Shown: positions 1-8,369 of the stretch, in pieces | Position numbering within the stretch: position 1 is the stretch's first letter | How the letters are laid out: the number at the start of each line of letters is the position of its first letter | From: Octopus sinensis | Lineage: Eukaryota | Direction of reading: 5' to 3' | DNA: 13,015 nucleotides | NCBI RefSeq assembly: GCF_006345805.1 | Contig: NW_021826406.1 | Span: 1-13,015 of the forward strand | The notes under the pieces: generated by a model | Told to the model about the DNA's origin: nothing | Databases searched by the model: none | Seen by the model: the letters and a program-made list of their open reading frames with translations, nothing else | Program-made: the position numbers and the translations under genes

Positions 1-1
1 A

Positions 2-188
2 GGGTTTTCAAATCAAACTAAGTTCCTGTGTGAGGAGTGTTGGACCACTTATAGAGTTTGTAGTGGTGGGGGGAATATAAGACAGTACAAGAGGGTGATG
101 GATGTACTGTCTTATATTCCTCCCACCACTACAAACTCTATAAAATGATCAAACCCCTCACACAGAAATTAGTTTGACTTGAAAACCC
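2..188. repeat. Imperfect inverted repeat (fold-back), arms ~87 bp, 13-nt spacer
   Basis: 2-89 is the reverse complement of 103-188. The inner 41 bp (49-89 vs 103-143) has 1 mismatch and the outer part is more diverged. Spacer 90-102 is AGAGGGTGATGGA. It may extend beyond the window start. Confidence 0.93.
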
Positions 189-221
189 CACTAGAATGGG
201 AGAAAGCGCTAATGATATAAG
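169..221 (+). ncRNA. Decayed type I hammerhead-like motif with U3:A8 core variant
   Basis: TTGAAAA (179-185), C, CCCA-CTAGAA-TGGG (stem II), A, then GAAA-GCGC-TA (202-211; palindrome AGCGCT, CUA triplet). The base of stem II is a C-A mismatch and stem I is only partly paired. Confidence 0.5.
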
Positions 222-311
222 TGATATGATATATTTATAAAAATGTAATATACAAATAAATATCTGTAAATATAAACCATCCGATCTCTGAGTACCTCAT
301 TTCTTCTAATG

Positions 312-489
312 ATATATATATATATATAATATATGGATATATATATGTATATGAATATATATATATATATATATTATATATATACTATATATATATATAT
401 ATATTATATATATAAGTTAATAATATCTATGCATCACCACAATATATATAGATATTGATAGATAGATATAGATAGACAGACAGACAGAA

Positions 490-522
<33 letters not shown>
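312..522. repeat. Compound microsatellite: interrupted (TA)n, (GATA)/(GACA)n, (TA)n
   Basis: Directly visible simple repeats, with a short non-repetitive interruption at ~414-445. Confidence 0.95.
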
Positions 523-526
<4 letters not shown>

Positions 527-1132
527 CATGTGTATAATAAGAAAAAGAAAGGTCTTGGTACAGTGTTATATATTTGACGAAATGAGTAGAGATGACTTCT
601 TATTTAAGTAAAGTTTACAAAGAGTTACTCTGGTATGAGTTTCAAGTTTCAAATAATTGCCGAGGAAATTTAGAGAATTTCTAAATTTTTTGACAGTCCA
701 CTTTAACAAAGGTTTGATTGCTGGGGAAAGTTAACAAACCGGACAATGAAAGAGTGGAAAGTTTTTGATATCATTGTAGTGTTACAATAGATTTTTTTTT
801 ATCTATATCATTTTCCCCACCTTCATACACAGATGGTTCTTTCGCAACTACATCAAAATCGATGTTCGATATATTCGTAAAAGGTATTCCCTACTTAAAA
901 TATCTCCACGACAATAAATGGATCTCTAGTCGAAGAAAAAGAAAGAAAAAAAAATTGCAAAATCAAAACGTCTTGGTTACATAGCTTTTTATTCTTGTCA
1001 TGTGTTTGTAATTTTATATAATTCGATGGCTTCACTGAATCAACTAGTGTTGGTTAATTAATTTATATATTCATGTATTCTATGTTATTCTTTAAATTAA
1101 TTATTCCGTTAGAGGAGCAATCAATGTTTATA

Positions 1133-1472
1133 ATACATACATACGTACGTACGCACATACATACATACACATATACATACACACATACATACATACATAC
1201 ATACATACATACATACATACATACATACAACATACATACATACATACATACATATGTATGTATAGATATATGGACATATAGATACACACATACACTCATA
1301 TATATATAATATATATATATTATATATATATTATATATATATATATATACATATATATATACATAATATAATGGAATATACATATATATATATATATATG
1401 TATGTATGGTGTGTATGTATGTATGTATGTATGTATGTATGTATGTATGTATGTATTTATATATATATATAT
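1133..1472. repeat. Compound microsatellite (TACA)n - (TA)n - (TATG)n
   Basis: (TACA)n ~1133-1254, TA-rich ~1297-1398, (TATG)n ~1399-1455, (TA)n to 1472. Confidence 0.95.
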
Positions 1473-1665
1473 GGTCCAAAAAACAAAGAATAAGATACAT
1501 CACATTGTCGGTGAAAGAACAACAGACAGACTGTATTAGTTTAACGGTCAGGAATAATGTAAGACGTTTTTTAACATTTCGACCTTACGCACTTCTAAAG
1601 AAAGTGTTGACGAATAGGAAACAAAGGAGAGAAAAAAACCATGTCTGAGTTAACCGGCGAAGCAT
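1473..1665 (-). mobile_element. Decayed copy A of a short non-autonomous interspersed repeat (HHR-bearing family)
   Basis: Shares TGTATTAGTTTAACGGTCAGGAAT (1532-1555) with copies at 1974-1997 and, reversed, 2476-2498. 1571-1604 (TTAACATTTCGACCTTACGCACTTC...) is a degenerate reverse complement of the HHR motif at 2427-2459. Strand is given in HHR sense. Confidence 0.65.
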
Positions 1666-1689
1666 ATAGAAAGGATGTGAGGATGAAAG

Positions 1690-1871
1690 TATGTATGTAG
1701 TATGTATGTATGAATGTGATGTATGTATGTATGATGTATGTATGTATGATGTATGTATGTATGTATGCATGCATGCATGATATGTATGATGTATTATGTA
1801 TGTAGTACACACACACATATGTAATATAATATGACATGATATGATATATATATATATATATATTATATAAT

Positions 1872-1911
<40 letters not shown>

Positions 1912-1914
1912 TAT
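1690..1914. repeat. Degenerate (TATG)n followed by (TA)n
   Basis: Directly visible simple repeats. Confidence 0.9.
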
Positions 1915-2007
1915 AGGGAGAGTTTACGAAAAAAACAAAAGATGAAGACAGGGGTGTACAAAAAACAAACAGATGTATTAGTATAACGCTCAGGAATACA
2001 AAAAGTC
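1915..2007 (-). mobile_element. Truncated copy B of the same short repeat family
   Basis: GTTTACGAAAAAAACAAAAGATGAAGACAGG...ACAAACAGATGTATTAGTATAACGCTCAGGAAT aligns with the reverse complement of 2476-2556. It is bounded by (TA)n on both sides and ends before the HHR position. Confidence 0.7.
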
Positions 2008-2080
2008 ATTTATATATATATATATATCTTATATATATAATATATATATATAATAATATATATTTAAATTTATAAATAAG

Positions 2081-2112
2081 GATAATATCGATATTTAAAT
2101 ATCGATATTATC
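2081..2112. repeat. Perfect 32-bp palindrome without spacer
   Basis: GATAATATCGATATTT|AAATATCGATATTATC; each half also contains the 12-bp palindrome AATATCGATATT. Confidence 0.97.
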
Positions 2113-2312
2113 AAGTGGCCAGCATGGGAAAAAATACCGTACAAAGGTAATTATTTTTTTACAACTAAAAATAAGGGTGTCTGAGAGACACCATCATGCC
2201 GAAATAGCAGTCAAGACACTGACTTTAAAAACCACGTACCATGAGATAAGACAGAGTCACAAAATAGACTAGCAAAAAATATTATTGAATAATTCAATAA
2301 TATTAGTTATAT

Positions 2313-2560
2313 ATATTTCTCTCCTTTTTTTCTCTCCTTTTTTTTCTCTCCTTTTTTTCTCTCCTTTTTTTCTCTCCTTTTTTTTCTCTCCTTCTTTCTG
2401 TGTTTTTTTTCTCTCTGTGTATCTTTCTGTTGAAGAGCGTAGGCTCGAAACGTTAAAGACTTGTTTTATTTATATTTCCTGAGCGCCATACTAATACAAT
2501 TGTTTGTTTGTTTTCCACCTGCCTTCGTCTTTTGTCTATTTTCATAAAGCTTCCCGTTAC
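2313..2560 (+). mobile_element. Copy C of the short repeat family: pyrimidine minisatellite + minimal HHR + ~100-nt tail ending at (TA)n
   Basis: About six CTCCTTTTTTTCT-like units (~2318-2395), then the HHR motif 2422-2459, then sequence homologous to copies A and B, ending at (TA)n from 2561. Confidence 0.7.
2422..2459 (+). ncRNA. Minimal type I hammerhead motif (Penelope type), A6>U core variant
   Basis: TCTTT / CTGTTGA / A / GAGC-GTAG-GCTC / GAAA-C-GT-T / AAAGA. Stem I has 5 bp, stem II 4 bp, stem III is the palindromic ACGT, and the triplet is GUU. One conserved core position (A6) is substituted. Confidence 0.65.
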
Positions 2561-2807
2561 ATATATATATATTATATAATATATATATAAATTGAAAAGG
2601 AGTGCGATAAAAACTTTTTGCACGTGGTAAAGTGTAATGAAAATATAAAAAGAAGGAAAATGCACAGAAACTGAGTTGAACAAAATACATACAATATACT
2701 TTTGTGAAATAAAATATTTAAACAGTCGACCGGTTTCGTTTGTGCAAATCATCGCTAAAATGTTAGTGATAACGTTACATAAAACGTTTTCACACAGACA
2801 CAGAAGG

Positions 2808-2808
2808 A

Positions 2809-2839
<31 letters not shown>

Positions 2840-2851
2840 CCACACATACAC
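2808..2851. repeat. (CA)n microsatellite
   Basis: Directly visible. Confidence 0.95.
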
Positions 2852-3180
2852 ATATTTTTGTATGTAGATGCATCTAAGTATTTATGTGTGTATTCACACA
2901 TTTACAGGTTTCGGCCATTGGTCAGCGGGTATGGTGATAAACTAACTTGACAGATTTAATTGGAAATCTAGCAATCACATATTCTTAATCCAGTACATTC
3001 TATGTTATCATGGAGCTCTTTTAAATTCCTATGAATTTACTTTCCATCTGACTCCGAACATCTGGTAAGATGGGCATATTCTATGGTCAGGACCTTTAAG
3101 TAACCTAATGCTGGGTCAAACTGCTATTACACACACACACAGACAAACGCACACATACAGTCAAACACACACGCACACAT

Positions 3181-3585
3181 ACTCTTTACTCTTTTACTCT
3201 TTTAATTGTTTCAGTCATTTGACTGCGGCCATGCTGGAGTACCGCCTTTAGTCGAGCAAATCGACCCCGGGACTTATTCTTTGTAAGCCCAGTACTTATT
3301 ATATCGTTCTCTTTTGCCGAACCACTAAGTGACGAGGACGTAAACGTACCATCATCGGTTGTCAAGCAATGCTATGGGGACAAACACAGACACACAAACA
3401 TATACACACACACTTATATATACATACATATATACGACAGGCTTCTTTCAGTTTCCGTCTACCAAATCCACTCACAAGGCATTGGTCTATAGCAGAAGAC
3501 ACTTGCCCAAGATGCCACGCAGTGGGACTGAACCCGGAACCATGTGGTTGGTTAGCAAGCTACTTACCACACAGCCACTCCTGCA
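3181..3585 (-). mobile_element. tRNA-derived SINE, family 1, copy 1
   Basis: On the minus strand: A box TGGCTGTGTGG (3567-3577), B box GGTTCAGTCCC (3524-3534), TTGGGCAAGTG motif after the head, internal CA/TA microsatellite, and 3' tail of GAGTAAAA-like repeats (3181-3203). Colinear with 8897-9329 except for a ~10-nt deletion near 3488. Confidence 0.92.
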
Positions 3586-3587
3586 TG

Positions 3588-3621
<34 letters not shown>

Positions 3622-3636
3622 ATATATCTATATATA

Positions 3637-4513
3637 CATGGTGTTTCAAAAGATTTGATATTTCACAATCTAATAATTTTGCCAGTTCTTGTTCAAATTA
3701 CTTCAAATTGTCACACCATGTGTAGAAACAAATCAAAATTTCATGTTCAATGTTTGATATGTTCATCTTTTCAGGTGGTATAAAAATGGCGCTCATTGGA
3801 AGAGAGAAGGTGTTTTGTGTGTTGGAGTATGCTCGAACACAGACGAACAAGTCTGTGCAGCGTGTATTTGCAGAGAGTTCTCTAAAGAGTTACCACCAGT
3901 AATGTAGATTTGGAAATGGCACAAAAGATTCAAAGAGGAACGCTGTCTGGGCAGGTCAAAAGGATGTGAACGACCACTAACATCAGAAGAGACGGTCAAG
4001 CTGGTTCGCCAAAAACTCTTGCGAAGCCACAAGAAGTCCATAAGAAGAACTAGTCTGGAAACCCAAGTTCCTCCAACGACAGTTTGGTTTATCCTGAGGA
4101 AAGGCTTGCTAATAAAACCCTACAAGCTGCAGCTCGTTCAGGCCATAACTGCAGATGACAAGCAAAAGCGCAAACAATTCTGTTGATATGCAAAAAGAAA
4201 CTTGAAGAAGCCGAGTTCAAGGAACGTCTTGTTTTCAGTGATGAGGCCACATTTCATACGAATGCTAAAGTCAAGACATGCTGCTGCGTGTTTGGGAGGA
4301 GCTGGACTACCCCGACTTGACATGTGCCGTGTCTCAGGCGGTGCGCATATTGAACATTTAGGAAATCGTCCATGGGCTCCACATACCTTTGAATTTCTCA
4401 TTAAATTTGGAGGAATAAATCGTATTTGCCCAACATTAAGCCTGTTTAATTTCATTTGATTGTGTAGTTTCTGTGATATATCTCAAATGATATCAATTTT
4501 TTGAAACACCTTG
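3637..4513 (+). mobile_element. Internally deleted Tc1/mariner DNA transposon (877 bp) with TIRs and TA target duplication
   Basis: Left TIR CATGGTGTTTCAAAAGATTTGATAT (3637-3661) matches the reverse complement of ATATCAATTTTTTGAAACACCTTG (4490-4513). TA at 3635-3636 and 4514-4515. Contains a transposase remnant. Confidence 0.93.
3786..4360 (+). pseudogene. Tc1/mariner transposase pseudogene (frameshifts, stops, catalytic core deleted)
   Basis: MALIGREKVFCVLEYARTQTNKSVQRVF (HTH-type N-terminus) ... RKQFC ... LVFSDEATFHTNAKV (first catalytic D, 4240-4242) joins at ~4273 directly to C-terminal DMLLRVWEELDY/RLDMCRVSGGAHIEHL. The second and third catalytic residues are absent, so DD(x)D/E spacing cannot be read. 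Confidence 0.88.
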
Positions 4514-4529
4514 TATATATATATAATAA

Positions 4530-4742
4530 GGGTTTTTTGCAACAAGTTGCTTAACCACATACCGAAAATTTTAGAAATAGCAGCCAAAAGACTACTATTT
4601 CCTTTTACTACAAAAATAAGTCTCCACAGACAACAATAATTATATAAGTTTTTACCGAATATGGTCCTCTTCCATACCGAAATACTACTAGGTGAAATTT
4701 GTGGATTTATTAAATTAATTATATTTCACCCTTTATCTGTAA

Positions 4743-4745
<3 letters not shown>
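4530..4745. repeat. Unclassified AT-rich interspersed repeat fragment between two (TA)n tracts
   Basis: Non-simple sequence bounded by (TA)n on both sides. Shares GAAATAGCAG (4575-4584) with 2201-2210 and ends in TAATGAT(AT)n like the unit ending at ~312. Repeat status is inferred. Confidence 0.4.
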
Positions 4746-4783
<38 letters not shown>

Positions 4784-5235
4784 TATATTATATACATATA
4801 CATATGCACATGTGTATATATGTATGTCTGTGTGCATGTGTGTATCTGTATATCAATATGTAAGCAGAGCTCGTAGTCGTTCATTCTGTTTCTTTTCATT
4901 TCTCAACATATTTCTTCTTTCTTTCCTACCGCTTAGACTTCTCTTTCTCTACTTTTCCTTTAGTCCACCTATTCCATTTCAACTTTTTTGTGATGATGAC
5001 ATACATTTGTTATAATCATAGATTTCTCCTGGTAATGTTGCGTAACGAACTCATTACGTTTGTCAGCTAAGTATCCCTGAAGAAAAGATAGTCGACAATT
5101 GGTAGCTATTTTTATAAAGAAACCTTGTACAAAGTAAACTTAGACAATTTTTTACGTTCTTTAATTAGTAATCCTTTTTGTTGCAGATCGCTTCGATTGT
5201 ATGATGGAATTTACCTACTTATCTATATACCTTCA

Positions 5236-5762
<527 letters not shown>

Positions 5763-5822
5763 AAAAACATTATTGGTGAATTGAAGAAATGGAGCTGAAC
5801 GCAGATTGAACAGAAATCGTTT

Positions 5823-5917
5823 TATTTCATTCTACACGTGTTTCGAAAGGCACAAATTACCAAAATCCGATTGAATAATGGGACCATATTGTGTCTTTCT
5901 CTTCAGGAAGAAAATAG
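5823..5917 (-). ncRNA. Type I hammerhead ribozyme, intact core (left arm of palindrome)
   Basis: Minus strand: CTATTTTCTTC / CTGAAGA (5906-5900) / GAAAGACACAA...TTGTGCCTTTC (stem II, 10 of 11 pairs) / GAAAC-ACGT-GTA (5844-5833) / GAATGAAATA. Predicted cleavage after GUA, between 5833 and 5832. Confidence 0.85.
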
Positions 5918-6060
5918 AAATTCGTTGGAAAAACAAAAACAGAACAGAGGCGGAGCAAAAACAAATCGAACTATGCTCCTAACGCCATGGGCTCTTAGGA
6001 GCATAGTTCGATTTGTTTTTGCTCCGCCTCTGTTCTGTTTTTGTTTTTCCAACGGATTTC

Positions 6061-6155
6061 CTATTTTCTTCCTGAAGAGAAAGACACAATATGGTCCCAT
6101 TATTCAATCGGATTTTGGTAATTTGTGCCTTACGAAACACGTGTAGAATGAAATA
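6061..6155 (+). ncRNA. Type I hammerhead ribozyme, intact core (right arm of palindrome)
   Basis: CTGAAGA 6072-6078; stem II 6079-6089 with 6123-6133 (extra A-A mismatch at 6080/6132); GAAA 6134-6137; C-ACGT-GTA 6138-6145; stem I 6062-6071 with 6146-6155 (bulged). Predicted cleavage after 6145. Confidence 0.82.
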
Positions 6156-6363
6156 AAACGATTCTGTTCAATCTGCGTTCAGCTCCATTTCTTCAATTCA
6201 CCAATAATGTTTTAATTTCAATTATCCGCACCAACGCACGGTTGCAACACCATATGGTTGTACCTCCAACCGTGCTGTTTACTGCTGTGATTTTTGCTAC
6301 TAAGGTATCGGTTAAACTTTTGATTAATCTACTACAAGATTATTCATCTTTCTATTTCACATA

Positions 6364-6426
<63 letters not shown>

Positions 6427-6437
6427 TTATATATATA

Positions 6438-6705
6438 ACGTGATCACGTGACCGACCAGACCATCAGATGTTGCTACACATCGTTGGTCACAATGCGTTC
6501 GCATTGTTTTAGCCTTCGAATGACGCCACCCTGCTGGCTAAGCGAGCAGGCCAACATAAGAAAGAGTGAGAGAAAGAGTAGTGAAAGAGTACAGCAGGGA
6601 TCACCACCCCCTGCCGGAGCCTCGTGATGCTATTAGGTGTTTTCGCTCAATAAACACACACAACGCCCGCGAGTCCGCTGCCCTAACCACTAGGCCATTG
6701 CGCCT

Positions 6706-6708
<3 letters not shown>
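6438..6708 (-). mobile_element. tRNA-derived SINE, family 2, with the B-box region missing
   Basis: Minus strand begins TGGAGGCGCAATGGCCTAGTGGTTAGGGCAGCGGACTCGCG (A box 6687-6697) and runs straight into GGCGTTGTG... with no GTTCRA box. The 3' end is GGTCACGTGATCACGT followed by (TA)n. Flanked by (CA)n and (TA)n. Confidence 0.8.
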
Positions 6709-6760
<52 letters not shown>

Positions 6761-6763
<3 letters not shown>

Positions 6764-7930
6764 CAACAACTCTTAGGCGTGGACATGGGAACGAGAATGG
6801 TCCCTAACTATGCGAACTTGGTCGTTGGCCACGTTGAGACCTAAATATTCTCACGATTCACTGGTCCCAATCCTGAACTATAGGTCGTTATATTGATGAC
6901 TGCATTGGTGCGAAATCACTCTCCCGCGAACAGCTAGACTCCTTCCAATCTTTCCATCATGCCTCCGAATTCTCCTGCACTATTTGCAACACATCCGTCG
7001 CATTTCTTGACATTTCGATCAACATACACCACTTAACTCTCACTACCTCCATCCACTACAAATACACCGACTCATACTCATTCCTTAACTTTTCGTCCTC
7101 CCATCCTACCCACACCAACTATGCATCCCCTAGTCTCATTTCCTCTGTCTGCGTAGGCTCTGCAGTGAGAACCACGACTCAATCTCAACTCATGGCCCGC
7201 CACTTCATCCTTCGTGGATATCTTCTCACTTCTCACCACAATCCACACAGCCCTTGACAGAGTACTTCCGCGGACCCTGCCTCTGATCTCTCTCTCCATA
7301 CCCACACCGCTGTTGCCTGTCTCCAGTTTCCCTTCACTTACTACCCACCATCCTGCCCCCCCAACGCACCATTCTCCGAGTGTTCCGGCGACTCCAGTCC
7401 AACAGATTCACCTCGCACGTCTTCCGCAACCTACACCTTCCCTACTTCAAACGAGCCTACAACCTGCATGACCTCTTGGTCCACAGTCTCTTCTCTAGCC
7501 CTATCTCCCAACCTGGCTCGTTCCCTCGCTCCCACACATGCTTCCGTACTTTCCACTACCTCTCCAACACCACCATCCTCACAAGTACCCACTATAGCCC
7601 CTATCATAGCATCGACTCCTTTACCTGCACTTCTAGCAACGTCATTTACTACACCTCCCGCTCTTTCTGCCCTTCTTTATACATCGGTCAAACAGGATGT
7701 TTCTTGCCTGACCGGTTCGCGGAGCACCTCCGAGACATCAGACTAGGCAATGACACTCCGGTCTCGAGCCATTTCCACTCCAGCAGTCATTCACTACAAA
7801 ACCTGTCGTGTTCTGATTGTCTTTGTAGATGGGCCATCCGGACTCCCACATTAGCCATGAGCAGGTATTAATATTCTCTCTTCGCTCCTTTGCTCCACAT
7901 GGCCTCAAATCCTGTCCTCAGTTCATCTGA
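6761..7930 (+). pseudogene. Decayed 5'-truncated Penelope-like element: RT + C-terminal GIY-YIG endonuclease
   Basis: Across frameshifts and stops: YQQLLGVDMGTRMVPNYANL, RYIDD (YIDD 6889-6900), VAFLDI, HPTHT..CIP*SHFLCLRRLCS, then FTCTSSNVIY (VIY 7641-7649)..C..LYIGQTG (YIG 7680-7688)..RFAEHLRDI..VSSHF, and IFSLRSFAPHGL to the stop at 7928-7930. The RT-then-EN order is Penelope/Poseidon/Neptune-like. A decayed Cys-rich linker (FPRSHTCFRTFH) hints at Neptune (inference). Confidence 0.93.
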
Positions 7931-8203
7931 CACCTATTTCCGTAAAGTTTATTATCTGGCACTTTCTATTCTCTTTATCCACTACTACCAAATCAGGCTG
8001 TCTAACTTCTATAACTCTGTTAGTCTAAATGTAGAAGTTCCCCAACATCATATATTTTTTACTTTTTAGTATTTTACTAGCTTCGTGTTAATACCATTTA
8101 TCAGTATGTTCAAATCCTAGCTTTCTCCATAACTCCCAGTGGATTACTTTCCATAGATTGTCATGTTTTGTCTTGTATTCTTTCTGTGCCAGCATGCTAC
8201 ATG

Positions 8204-8238
8204 CACTTACTATGTGAGTAACACTCACATAGTAAGTG
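8204..8238. repeat. Perfect 16-bp hairpin with 3-nt loop
   Basis: CACTTACTATGTGAGT-AAC-ACTCACATAGTAAGTG. Confidence 0.95.
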
Positions 8239-8320
8239 GGAATCTACTTGATTTTTGTCTATCATGGCTTTTATCCAATTAGTCCTTAGTGCTTGATCTT
8301 ATGCAGCTACTAACAAACTC

Positions 8321-8369
8321 TATTATTATTATTATTATTATTATCATCATCATCATCATCATCATCATC
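8321..8369. repeat. (TAT)n(CAT)n microsatellite
   Basis: Directly visible. Confidence 0.95.

Larger units (their letters stand above)
5764..6213. repeat. Near-perfect 450-bp inverted repeat (219-bp arms, 12-nt spacer)
   Basis: 5764-5982 is the reverse complement of 5995-6213, with 2 substitutions and 2 single-base indels found by eye. Spacer is CGCCATGGGCTC (5983-5994). Confidence 0.98.

Noticed and set aside
1063-1837. ORFs rich in YIHT/MYVC repeats (also 5125-5645, 11570-12340 and similar)
   Set aside because: These are translations of (TACA)n, (TA)n, (TATC)n and (TG)n microsatellites, which lack stops in some frames. There is no protein-like content.
2176-2219. CTGAGAG...CGAAATAGCAGTC-AAGACAC as a hammerhead
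   Set aside because: The core lacks N7, there is no stem II pairing, and the competing hairpin GGTGTCT-GAG-AGACACC explains the local complementarity. At best it is a heavily decayed relic.
2900-2930. Minus-strand CTGACCAATGGCCGAAACCTGTA as a hammerhead
   Set aside because: G8 is missing, there is no room for stem II, and stem I does not pair.
3510-3585. tRNA gene calls at SINE heads (also 9250-9329 and 6670-6708)
   Set aside because: A/B boxes are present, but the heads are fused to SINE bodies and I could not fold a complete cloverleaf.
3359-3725. ORFs at 3359-3725 and 9066-9391 with similar peptides
   Set aside because: They are antisense translations of two copies of the same SINE.
4202-4459. 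85-aa ORF as a real gene
   Set aside because: It only picks up the transposase C-terminus (RLDMCRVSGGAHIEHL) after a frameshift and is part of the pseudogene.
5838-6146. Opposite-strand ORFs sharing LEKQKQNRGGAKTNRTMLL
   Set aside because: This is an artefact of the palindrome, since both strands read the same sequence. No recognisable domain.
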